Part shown: positions 19,932 through 28,258 of the stretch, one piece after another
Layout of the letters: each line of letters opens with the position of its first letter
How positions within the stretch are numbered: position 1 is the stretch's first letter
Assembly: GCA_036381015.1 (NCBI GenBank)
Contig: DASVDR010000046.1
Span: 1,721-65,720, forward strand
Length of the DNA: 64,000 nucleotides
Origin: Gammaproteobacteria bacterium
GTDB taxonomy: Bacteria; Pseudomonadota; Gammaproteobacteria; Steroidobacterales; Rariloculaceae
Direction of reading: 5' to 3'
Program-made: the position numbers and the translations under genes
The notes under the pieces: model-generated
Told to the model about the DNA's origin: nothing
What the model saw: the letters and a program-made list of their open reading frames with translations, nothing else
Database searches by the model: none

Positions 19932-19998
19932 CAATGTTTACGTTCACGATGGAGGACATATGTCCAAGCGGCGCGCTGTTCGGCGGTGCGCTTTTTTC

Positions 19999-20026
19999 TT
20001 GCCTGTTATGTCCGCTATCGTATACA
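19999..20026 (+). promoter_or_regulatory. Candidate sigma70-type promoter for hipB (TTGCCT - 16 nt - TATACA)
   Basis: -35-like TTGCCT (19999-20004) and -10-like TATACA (20021-20026), about 25 nt upstream of the hipB ATG. Pattern match only. Confidence 0.3.
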
Positions 20027-20050
20027 TTAAAAGCGTTAACGTTTGTTTTC

Positions 20051-20398
20051 ATGAACATTACGAGCCGAAAAGCTGATTACGCCCTTCCGCTTCCGGTCCG
20101 ACGGGCGCTGCGCAAGCTGGGCCAGGATGTGCGTCAGGCGCGGCTGCGCCGGCGCCTGCCCGCGGCTGTCGTCGCGGAACGGGCGTCGATCAGCCGCACG
20201 ACGCTGTTCAAGCTGGAAAAAGGCGAGCCCGGCGTCTCCATCGGCATTGTCGCGACCGTGCTGTTCGTGCTCGGGCTGGGAGAGCGGCTGAGCGAGCTCG
20301 CCGATGTCAGGCACGATGAGCACGGTCTTGCCCTCGAAGAAGAGCGGCTGCCCCAGCGCATCCGGCGACGACGGCGCACACCGGCGGAAACGGCCTGA
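20051..20398 (+). CDS. hipB: XRE-family HTH protein, HipB-like antitoxin
   Basis: HTH ERASISRTTLFKLEKGEPGVSIGIVATVLFVLGL. The stop overlaps the ATG of a HipA N-terminal-like ORF (TGATG). ATG at 20051 chosen; the ORF track starts at 19934. Confidence 0.8.
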   Translation: MNITSRKADYALPLPVRRALRKLGQDVRQARLRRRLPAAVVAERASISRTTLFKLEKGEPGVSIGIVATVLFVLGLGERLSELADVRHDEHGLALEEERLPQRIRRRRRTPAETA

Positions 20399-20840
20399 TG
20401 GATCGGGAAACTTTCGTCCATGCCGATCTCGACGGCCGGCCGCACCTCGTGGGCCGGCTCTACACTCGCCTGCGCAACGGCCGCGAAAGCGCGACCTTCG
20501 AATACGACGACAGCTGGCTGAGCCACCCGGAACGGTTTGCGCTCGAGCCGGCCCTGAAGCTGGGGCCCGGCCCTTTTCATACGGCTACCGACAGCCGCGT
20601 ATCTTGAGCACGGCGATCGACGAGGAGGATCAGACGGCCTCGCTCGCGCTGGCACTGTCCGTCGCCGAATATTTCGATCTCGAGCAGCGCCAAGCACAGG
20701 AGATTGCCGGAGAAGTCGCCGCGGCGACCGCGCAGTGGCGCGCGGAAGCGCAGCGCTTCGGTCTGACGCGCGCACAGTGCGACCGTATGGAATCGGCATT
20801 CGTGCACACGGATCTCGAGACCGCACTCTCCTTTGCCTAG
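20398..20840 (+). pseudogene. hipA: Decayed hipA-like toxin gene (N-terminal ~65 aa and C-terminal ~80 aa in different frames; kinase core missing)
   Basis: Frame 1 (20398-20607) reads HLVGRLYTRLRNGRESATFEYDDSWLSHPERFALEPALKLGP, a HipA N-terminal coupling-domain pattern, then stops. Another frame (to 20840) reads ASLALALSVAEYFDLEQRQAQEIAGEVAAATAQWRAEAQRFGLTRAQCDRMESAF, a HipA extreme C-terminus pattern. Total length is about 440 nt against roughly 1.3 kb for intact hipA genes. Confidence 0.65.
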
Positions 20841-21043
20841 GGGCACCCTGAAGCCTTCACGAAACGCTCGTCTTCCGGAAGACCGGCGCGAGTGTCGCGG
20901 ACCGGACAGATGCAAAGGTATTCTATGAGCTAGCATATTCCCAAAAGCGATCGATAGAGCAGGGGCTGGGACGCGCTTGCGGAGCCGCTCATTCGATAGA
21001 GCTCATTTCGATAAGAACAAGTCAACGTGTCTGGGAGGCATCC

Positions 21044-23947
21044 ATGACACCTCGATTCCACCGTCTCTCCCTCGAGGAGTTCGCCGCCCTGCTCGCATGC
21101 TTTCCGTTTTCTCGCCGTATCAACGCCGTCCACCTGCATCATACCTGGCGGCCGAACCATGCCCAGTTCCGCGGTCACGACACCATCGTGGCCATGTGGA
21201 GGTATCACACGCAGGAGAAGGGCTGGAGTGACATCGCCCAACACGTCACGATCGATCCCGAAGGGATGATCTGGACCGGGCGCAACTGGAATCGCCCGCC
21301 GGCCAGCGCATCCGGGCAGAACGGCAATGCGTCCTTTGGGCCGTTCATGATCGAGACAGTGGGCGACTTCGATGCTGGACGAGACCGCTTCGAGGGTTGT
21401 CAGCGCGACACGGTGTTGAAGGTGATCGCGCTTGTGCAGAAGCGCTTCGAGCTCAAGGCAAGCTCACTGCGGTTCCACTGTCAAATGTCGTCGAAAACGT
21501 GCCCGGGGAGCGCGATCGACTATGACGAGGTCGTAAACGCAGCTCAGGAGCTTCTCGAGAGCGGCATCGACATCGCACCGACGGCGCCCCCGGACGCTTT
21601 GCCTTTCCCGAGGTCGGCCTTGGCGCTGGCCGACGTCCAGACCGATCTCATGAACCGGGGCGCGGCTCGCGCCGACGATCCGGCGCACGCCGAGCCCGAG
21701 GAGGAGGCCGGCTCGCCGTTCGCCTACACCTCCGGGCTGCCGGGGCCGAAGCCCGAGATCCTCGCGCGGGAGCGCAAACTCTCGCCGGCTGAGCTTGCCG
21801 ATTTGCGGCCCCATGTCATCAACTTGCGGCAGGGCGTCTTCTCGCACGATGGCGCGATAACGTGCTCGAAGGCCGACGTCGACGCCATCTTCGAGGAGCA
21901 CCTGCCGCGCCGACTGGCCGCACAACCCGACGGCAAGCCGCTGCCCATCGTGTTCTACGCCCACGGTGGCCTGGTCTCGGAGTCTTCCGCGCTGAATCTC
22001 GCGCAGCAGCACGTGACGTGGTGGCTCGCTAACGGCGTCTACCCGATCTACTTCGTCTGGGAAACGGGGCTGTTCGAGACGGTGGGTCAGCTTCTCGAGC
22101 GCACTAGGGTACGCACTCGCGCCGCTGCCCGAGATCTCTGGGATTACACGACGGATCCTCTCGTCGAAATCGCCGTCCGCGCGCTTTACGGCCCCATGAT
22201 TTGGGGTGGTATGAAACGCAGCGCAGAGCGCGCGTCGGCCGACGCGGGCGGTGCGCGGTATACCGCCGGGAAGCTTGCGGAGTTCTGCAAGAGCAACGGC
22301 GGGGCCGTGGAGCTGCACGCCGTCGGCCACAGCGCGGGCTCGATCTTCCATGCGCACTTCCTGCCGGTCGCGCTCGAAGCCTGCTCTCTGCCGTTCAAGA
22401 CGCTCCATCTCCTCGCGCCGGCGGCGCGAGTCGACCTCTTTCTCGATCGGCTAGCGCCGCTCATGGGCAAGCCCAACGGTATCGGCGAAACGACCTTGTT
22501 CACGATGCGTGAGGATTTCGAGCGCGCCGATCGGTGCACGCCGATCTACCGCAAGTCGCTGCTGTATCTCGTGAGCCGGGCGCTCGAGGACGAGCCGAAG
22601 GCGCCGATCTTGGGGCTCGAGGAGTGCTTGCGAGCGAACGCCGAGTTGCGTCGACGTTTCGGGCTCGGCAGGCACGGCGACGACGGCGACGTCGTGTGGT
22701 CGCTTTCGGCGAGCGACGACGGACGCAGCGCGTCGCGGTCGACGACCCATGGGGGTTTCGACAACGACCCCGCCACGATGAACAGCGTCGCCCGGCGCGT
22801 ACTGAACAAGGGCGATACGGAGCGGCTCGAGCGCGCCTTCCCCGAGGTGGACGGCCGGCGCGCGCTGGCAGCAGACGACTGGAGCGATGCCGTGGACTGG
22901 CCCGAAGGCCTCGAGTTCGTTTCGCCCCCGGTTCGGTCGCGTCCGTCGCTTGCCGGCGCGACGATCGGCGTGACGACGTCGGCTCCTGCGCAGACCCGCC
23001 CCGTGGTCGCACCTGCGATCGGGCGCCGGCTCGCCGTATGCGTCGGCATCGACGCGTATGCGAGCAGCCCGCTCGCCGGCTGCGTCGCTGATGCGCGACT
23101 GTGGGCGCGAACGCTGACGGATCTGGGGTTCGACGCGCCGACGGTGCTCGTCAACGAAGTCGCGACGCGCAGCGGGATCCTCGACGCCCTCGCGCGGGCC
23201 CTGGCCTCGAGCCAGGCAGGCGACGTCGTCGTGTTTCAATATTCCGGCCACGGCACGCAGGTGCCGGATGTCGACAACGACGAGGCGGCGGGCGATTCGC
23301 CGGGCCTCGACGAGGCGCTGTGTCCGTTCGACATGGACGCGGGCGCATTCCTCATCGACGACGATCTTGCGGAAGTGCTCGCCGAGGCACCGGCCGGAGT
23401 CAACGTGACGCTCTTCATCGATTGCTGCCATAGCGGAACGATCTCGCGGCTCGGCGTCGGGGCGCCGAGCAGCGGGGCGCGCGGCGACGCGCGGTTCCGA
23501 TATATCACGCCGTCGCCTGAAGCGCTCGAAGCGCACCGCCGGTTCCGGTTGCGGCTCGGCGGGGCGCGGCACCGTCGACGAGGACCGGAGACGATGCGCG
23601 AGGTGCTGTTCTCGGCGTGCCTCTCGCACGAGGTGGCGTGGGAAAGTGCGGGCCAAGGGGAGTTCACGCTCCGGGCCACGCGTGAGCTCGCCGCAGGCAT
23701 CGAGGGGCTCTCGAATGAAGCGTTTCTCGAGCGCGTGCGTCGCGCTTTCGGAGCGCAGCCGCGTCAGCATCCCGAGCTCGACTGTGCGCCGCAGCGGCGC
23801 AGCGGCCCCCTCCTCGGGGCAGAGTCGGCGCTGACCAGCGTCACGGTGAGCGACTTGGGCACGTACTGCGGCAAGCCGGTACAGAACAGGACGAGATCGC
23901 GGATCCCGGCGCTGTTGCGTGAGATTGCCGGCGAGCTCGACGGCTAG
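21044..23947 (+). CDS. Three-enzyme fusion protein: Amidase_2 (PGRP/AmpD/T7-lysozyme-type N-acetylmuramoyl-L-alanine amidase) + GxSxG alpha/beta-hydrolase-like domain + caspase-like peptidase C14 domain
   Basis: 967 aa, strong RBS GGGAGG 5 nt before the ATG, no signal peptide or TM. aa 25-160: HLHHT ... FHCQMSSKTCPG (Zn-ligand pattern H, H, C). aa ~295-530: PIVFYAHGGL ... AVGHSAGS (nucleophile elbow, S430). aa ~660-925: RLAVCVGIDAY ... FQYSGHGTQ (H736) ... LFIDCCHSGT (C795). Confidence 0.85.
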   Translation: MTPRFHRLSLEEFAALLACFPFSRRINAVHLHHTWRPNHAQFRGHDTIVAMWRYHTQEKGWSDIAQHVTIDPEGMIWTGRNWNRPPASASGQNGNASFGPFMIETVGDFDAGRDRFEGCQRDTVLKVIALVQKRFELKASSLRFHCQMSSKTCPGSAIDYDEVVNAAQELLESGIDIAPTAPPDALPFPRSALALADVQTDLMNRGAARADDPAHAEPEEEAGSPFAYTSGLPGPKPEILARERKLSPAELADLRPHVINLRQGVFSHDGAITCSKADVDAIFEEHLPRRLAAQPDGKPLPIVFYAHGGLVSESSALNLAQQHVTWWLANGVYPIYFVWETGLFETVGQLLERTRVRTRAAARDLWDYTTDPLVEIAVRALYGPMIWGGMKRSAERASADAGGARYTAGKLAEFCKSNGGAVELHAVGHSAGSIFHAHFLPVALEACSLPFKTLHLLAPAARVDLFLDRLAPLMGKPNGIGETTLFTMREDFERADRCTPIYRKSLLYLVSRALEDEPKAPILGLEECLRANAELRRRFGLGRHGDDGDVVWSLSASDDGRSASRSTTHGGFDNDPATMNSVARRVLNKGDTERLERAFPEVDGRRALAADDWSDAVDWPEGLEFVSPPVRSRPSLAGATIGVTTSAPAQTRPVVAPAIGRRLAVCVGIDAYASSPLAGCVADARLWARTLTDLGFDAPTVLVNEVATRSGILDALARALASSQAGDVVVFQYSGHGTQVPDVDNDEAAGDSPGLDEALCPFDMDAGAFLIDDDLAEVLAEAPAGVNVTLFIDCCHSGTISRLGVGAPSSGARGDARFRYITPSPEALEAHRRFRLRLGGARHRRRGPETMREVLFSACLSHEVAWESAGQGEFTLRATRELAAGIEGLSNEAFLERVRRAFGAQPRQHPELDCAPQRRSGPLLGAESALTSVTVSDLGTYCGKPVQNRTRSRIPALLREIAGELDG

Positions 23948-23961
23948 CAGGCGGCCGAGGC

Positions 23962-26007
23962 ATGGCGGCGCGCGACGACGCGAAGTCACCGTCGACGCCG
24001 GGCGCGAGCGCGGCCGTTGCGCAAAGCAGCATTATCCAGTCGCGCGCAATGGACCGAGAAGCGGACGCGGGGCTCGAAGGCGACGGCACGCGCGGGGCGG
24101 GCGCAGATTCGGCAGCGGACGCCGGCCTCGGCTCCCGGGCACGAGACGACTCGCCGCGAGGCCCAGCGGGGCTGTCGGCCGGTGCGCGGGGCAACACTTG
24201 GCAGCTGGGCCCGCGCATCTATCGTGCGGTGGAAACGCATCCTTACGAGCGCCGGTCCACGGATCCGATCTATCGGCCCCTGAGAATCTTCTCGCTGGAT
24301 CCCGCCACCTCTCGGCTCGAAGGCGCCGTGGCGCTCCTCAACGTGCCTTACGAGCCGCTCGACCCAGGGCCCCGCGGTGTCCTGCTGGAGGTCGATCCGA
24401 CCGACGGCGCAATAGGCGTGCGGTATCGTTCGGCCAACCTCGATGACCCGGACGTCTTGATACGTGACGGCTACGATCCGTCCACCTCCGATCCTCGGTT
24501 CCATCAGCAGATGGTATACGCGGTCGGCTCATTGACGTACGCGGCATTCAGGTCGGCTCTGGGCCGCGACATCGCCTGGGGATTCGATGGCGACGGCCGC
24601 GCCGGACGACCCACTCGCCTCACGTTGCGTCCGCACGGCTGCATCGAGCGCAACGCGTATTACGACAAGGCCGATGGGTCGATCTCTTTCGGTTACTTCC
24701 GGGCCGATCGCGTCGTGGCAGGTCGCAACCTGCCGGGCGGTTTCGTGTTCACCTGCCTGTCGCACGACATCATCGCACACGAGATGACACACGCGTTGCT
24801 CGACGGGTTGCGCGCACACTTCGCCTATCCCAGCGGTCCGGACGTCCTCGCCTTTCACGAGGCCTTCGCGGATCTCGTGGCAATCTTCCAGCATTTCAGC
24901 TACAAGGAAGTGCTCCATGCGGCCATTCGACGCACGCGCGGTGACCTGCGCAAGTCACAGCTACTAACGGCGCTTGCCACCCAGTTCGGCCATACGACGG
25001 GCTCGAGCCAGCCGTTGCGCACGGCTATCGACGTGCAGGGTCTCGACGGAAAGCCGCTGCAATACGGCGAAGCCACCGAGCCGCATGCGCGAGGCGCGGT
25101 GCTGACGAGCGCCGTCTTCGACGCGTTCACGACGGTGTTCGATCGCAAAGTGGAACGCTATGTGCGCCTCGCGACGGGCGGCTCCGGCGTGTTGCCCGAA
25201 GGCGAAATTCACCCGGACCTTAGCGCCGTGCTGGCCGAGGAGGCCGCGAAGCTCGCAAGCCAGTTCCTCTCGATCTGCATCCGGGCCATCGACTATTGCC
25301 CCGCAGTCGATCTCGAGTTCGGCGAATTCTTGCGCGCCGTGATAACCGCCGACAAGGATCTCGTGCCGAACGACCCGTGGGGGTACCGCGAAGCCTGGAT
25401 AGATGCTTTCCGGCGGCGTGCGATTTATCCGCCGCGCACTCTCAGCCTGTCCGAGGATGCGTTGCTATGGCGACCGACGCGCGTCCCGATTGGCAGGCAA
25501 GAGGAGCTCAGCTTCTCGGCGCTGCGTTTCGCGGGCGATCCCGGCCGCGTCGCCGGGCGGCCGGAGCTCGAGCGCCAGGCAGACGCCCTCGGTCGCCTCG
25601 TTTGCGACCCGAGGTATATGGGCGAGTTCGGTTTCTGCCGGAACGGCCACCCGGCACTCGGCCGCGATACGGTCGATCCGCCCTGCATCGAATCCGTCCG
25701 CACGTTGCGCCGGGTCGGTCCGGACGGGCAGATCGTCTTCGACCTCATTGGCGAGGTTACGCAACGGCGCAGAGTAGGCGGGAGCAGGCGAAAGGCGTTT
25801 GACTTTTACGGGGGCGCCACCGTGATTCTGGATCCCCATGGGTCCATTCGCTATGTCGTCTCCAAGAGCGTGTTGAATGCCGAGCGGATCGACCGCCAGC
25901 GAGCATTTATCAGGAGCGGAGTCGGCAAGCGGTTTTGGAGCGACGAGGGCGGAGCGTACGTGGCGCGGGGAAACGCGTTGCGCTTGCTGCATGCGCTTGA
26001 ACGTTGA
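23962..26007 (+). CDS. Thermolysin-like (gluzincin, HExxH + E) zinc metallopeptidase, cytoplasmic-looking, with low-complexity N-terminus
   Basis: 681 aa, starting 15 nt after the upstream stop. DIIAHEMTHALLDG (H273, E274, H277), then AFHEAFADLVA 23 residues later (E300; compare thermolysin-family NEAxSD). No signal peptide. The first ~75 aa are Ala/Gly/Asp/Arg-rich, and the true start may be internal. Confidence 0.75.
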   Translation: MAARDDAKSPSTPGASAAVAQSSIIQSRAMDREADAGLEGDGTRGAGADSAADAGLGSRARDDSPRGPAGLSAGARGNTWQLGPRIYRAVETHPYERRSTDPIYRPLRIFSLDPATSRLEGAVALLNVPYEPLDPGPRGVLLEVDPTDGAIGVRYRSANLDDPDVLIRDGYDPSTSDPRFHQQMVYAVGSLTYAAFRSALGRDIAWGFDGDGRAGRPTRLTLRPHGCIERNAYYDKADGSISFGYFRADRVVAGRNLPGGFVFTCLSHDIIAHEMTHALLDGLRAHFAYPSGPDVLAFHEAFADLVAIFQHFSYKEVLHAAIRRTRGDLRKSQLLTALATQFGHTTGSSQPLRTAIDVQGLDGKPLQYGEATEPHARGAVLTSAVFDAFTTVFDRKVERYVRLATGGSGVLPEGEIHPDLSAVLAEEAAKLASQFLSICIRAIDYCPAVDLEFGEFLRAVITADKDLVPNDPWGYREAWIDAFRRRAIYPPRTLSLSEDALLWRPTRVPIGRQEELSFSALRFAGDPGRVAGRPELERQADALGRLVCDPRYMGEFGFCRNGHPALGRDTVDPPCIESVRTLRRVGPDGQIVFDLIGEVTQRRRVGGSRRKAFDFYGGATVILDPHGSIRYVVSKSVLNAERIDRQRAFIRSGVGKRFWSDEGGAYVARGNALRLLHALER

Positions 26008-26042
26008 ACGCCGCCAGGCGGCGCAGTAGCAGTACTCCGGCG

Positions 26043-27302
26043 CTATCGGACCGACGCGATCGTCTGAAACACCCCGGTCGACAGCGAATCGTACTCGTGC
26101 TCGAGCACGGTGATGCGATCGCGCCCCTCCCGCTTCGCCGCGTAGAGCGCCTGATCGGCGAGCTGCAGCGCGCCCTGCGGGCTGCGGCGCGGCCTCGGAC
26201 GGACGATCGCCACGCCGATGCTCACGGAGACGATACCCGACACGGAGCCGGGGTGATCGATCGCGAGGGCCCGGACGGCGCCGTGCAGCCGTTCCGCGAG
26301 CTCTTCGGCCTGCTCCCGCGTTGCATCGTAGAGAATCACCGCAAGCTCCTCGCCGCCGTAGCGCGCCGCGATGTCGAACGGGCGCTTCCCGAGCCGGTTC
26401 ACGATCGCGGCGATGCGCTTCAGCACCTGGTCGCCCGCCTGATGACCGTAGCAGTCGTTGTAGTGCTTGAACCCGTCGACGTCGACCATCAGGATCGCGA
26501 GGGTCTTCGAATCGCGCAGCGCCTGCTGCCACACGCGCGCGAGATGCTCGTCGAAGGCACGCCGGTTCTTCAGCCCCGTGAGGCCGTCGCGGGCGGCCAT
26601 CTCGCCGAGCAGCGACTGCTCGAGGAACTGGCTGCGCGCGGCCCGCTCGTGCGCGAAGCCCGCGATTGCCGACATGACGATATTGACGACGAAATGACTG
26701 CCGAACGGCAGCATCGCGACGATGTTCCCCGCGTAATACCAGCCGCCGATCAGCAGACCGCCGGCACCGACGAGGTTCACGACGATCGCTTGCCGGAACA
26801 GCAGGCCGCTGAAGAAGTACGCTGCGAAGGTATCGGTGACGAGCGGCGCGAGGTACTCCGGATGCGCGGCGAGGATCTCGCCGCTGCACGCGAACGTCCA
26901 CGTGCCGTGGCACACGGCGACGAGCGGGAAAGCGACGCGCGGATAGAAGCGCTCGAACCACGGCGTCCACGCGATCAGCACGAGCATGCTCCGGCTGGCC
27001 GTGTTCAGGACGATCATGAAGAGCAGCATGTTCGTATCCGCCCTGCTCCATGCGTCCGCCAACGGGCCGGTGGCGTCGCCCGCGCGCAGCGCGAGCAGCA
27101 GCGGCAGGATCGAGAACAGCAGCACGGCGAGGACCGTGGAGTGCCACGCGCGAATGCGCCCGCGCGCGTGGTACAGGTGCTCCTGAGCGAACTCGCGCTC
27201 CACGGCCGGCGCAAAGCGCAGCCGGCCGAAGCGCACGCGCCGCTCCCGGGCGTACGGCGAGCCCGGCACGGCGTCGAGATCGATCTCGCGACGGTTGCCC
27301 AC
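26043..27302 (-). CDS. Membrane-bound diguanylate cyclase (multi-TM N-terminal domain + GGDEF domain with I-site)
   Basis: GGDEF domain LTGLKNRRAFDEHL ... MVDVDGFKHYNDCYGHQAGD ... RPFDIAARYGGEELAVIL (RxxD five residues before GGEEL). About 6 hydrophobic helices lie upstream. Start uncertain: GTG at 27302 proposed, and the ORF-track extension to 27905 was rejected. Confidence 0.85.
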   Translation of the reverse strand: MGNRREIDLDAVPGSPYARERRVRFGRLRFAPAVEREFAQEHLYHARGRIRAWHSTVLAVLLFSILPLLLALRAGDATGPLADAWSRADTNMLLFMIVLNTASRSMLVLIAWTPWFERFYPRVAFPLVAVCHGTWTFACSGEILAAHPEYLAPLVTDTFAAYFFSGLLFRQAIVVNLVGAGGLLIGGWYYAGNIVAMLPFGSHFVVNIVMSAIAGFAHERAARSQFLEQSLLGEMAARDGLTGLKNRRAFDEHLARVWQQALRDSKTLAILMVDVDGFKHYNDCYGHQAGDQVLKRIAAIVNRLGKRPFDIAARYGGEELAVILYDATREQAEELAERLHGAVRALAIDHPGSVSGIVSVSIGVAIVRPRPRRSPQGALQLADQALYAAKREGRDRITVLEHEYDSLSTGVFQTIASVR

Positions 27303-27376
27303 CGGGCGAATGTACGCGGCCCCCGCCGCGGTTGCTGCGACGCGGCCCACGAAACGGTCGGGGGGCGGCTCGGGGG

Positions 27377-28258
27377 CTACGGGGGCGGCGGTGCCGTGCG
27401 GCAGGGCCGCGGGTTCCAGCCCGCGCCGTCCGGCTCGAGCTTGAACTGCGTGCTCGTGTAAAACGGCTCCGTGAGGTACCGCGGGTCCTCGACGATCGTC
27501 ACGACGAGCAGCCACGTGTCGCCGCTCGGATGCCGAGGCAGCCGGTGAAAGTACTCCGTGATCGTGGCCTCCTCGCTGTACGGCACGCCGTTCTTGCGCA
27601 GGTACCCCGCGCGAAAGCCGGTGGTCACGACCTTCAACGACCCGCCGATGCCGAGCGAGCCCGGGAGCGGGGGCCCGCCGCGCTGCCCGAGGCCGCCGCC
27701 GCCCGGCGCGATCGGGCCGGCATTGTTGCCGATCTGAGCCCTCTGCGGCGCGTCCCCGCGGCCGCCGGGCGGCCGTTCCCATTCGGCGATCGAGTGCCCT
27801 TGCCACGTCTTCTCGGAAGCGGGGCGGACGTTCGGATCGAAATGCAGAATCCTCGTCTGCATCCCGGCGTCGAAGTCGATCCGCAGCGTCGCGTCGTCTT
27901 CCCACGTGATGTGCAGCCGGCCGGGCTGGCGCATGATGCCGCCGATGCCGAAGGCCTTGCAGGCGAGCCCCGCCGCGTTGTCGGCCTCCAGATCCCAGGC
28001 GTCGGCGACGCGCCGACCCTCGTCGTTCAAGGGCACGCTTTCGTAGTCGCCCTTGCGGGGCGTTGCCATGCGGTGGCGCCAGTCCTCGCTGACGACCGAG
28101 ACCCAGTACCCGGTCAGATCGATCGGCGCGCTCGCGCGCGCGGACGCGGGCCCCGGACCGCCCCGTTGCGCCGACGCCGGAGCGGCCGCCGCAAGCGCCG
28201 CGGCAAGCAGCACGGCGCCGGCCGCGCGCTCGAGCCGTTTCGCGAGCGGGCCGCTCAT
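27377..28258 (-). CDS. Exported protein, 'P-domain' paralog 4, with Gly-rich insert
   Basis: Signal peptide MSGPLAKRLERAAGAVLLAAALAAAAPASAQ. IDLTGYW ... VPLNDEGRR ... LACKAFGIGG ... VEDPRYLTEPFY ... RPC. The ATG overlaps the stop of the upstream MBL gene (ATGA). Confidence 0.7.
   Translation of the reverse strand: MSGPLAKRLERAAGAVLLAAALAAAAPASAQRGGPGPASARASAPIDLTGYWVSVVSEDWRHRMATPRKGDYESVPLNDEGRRVADAWDLEADNAAGLACKAFGIGGIMRQPGRLHITWEDDATLRIDFDAGMQTRILHFDPNVRPASEKTWQGHSIAEWERPPGGRGDAPQRAQIGNNAGPIAPGGGGLGQRGGPPLPGSLGIGGSLKVVTTGFRAGYLRKNGVPYSEEATITEYFHRLPRHPSGDTWLLVVTIVEDPRYLTEPFYTSTQFKLEPDGAGWNPRPCRTAPPPP

Noticed and set aside
20398-20607. 69-aa HipA-N-like ORF as a functional mini-toxin.
   Set aside because: It lacks every kinase motif, because the whole catalytic core is absent, and it is followed out of frame by a HipA C-terminal remnant. 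The simplest reading is a deletion pseudogene.
21044-21540. Amidase_2 domain interpreted as a prophage endolysin.
   Set aside because: There are no holin, spanin, capsid, tail, terminase or integrase genes nearby. The domain is also covalently fused to two further enzymes in a 967-aa protein, which is not an endolysin architecture.
19830-26040. Classical genomic-island hallmarks (tRNA insertion site, integrase, flanking direct repeats, IS elements) around the caspase block.
   Set aside because: I searched the flanks by eye on both strands and found none. The island idea therefore rests only on the AT-richer junctions and gene content, and is reported as a hypothesis, not a mobile_element feature.
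27303-27905. N-terminal 200-aa extension of the GGDEF ORF (track 26043-27905).
   Set aside because: The extension overlaps the 3' part of the P-domain gene 27377-28258 in another frame and is Arg-rich. The hydrophobic membrane domain begins only downstream of about 27300. The exact start (GTG at 27302) remains uncertain.
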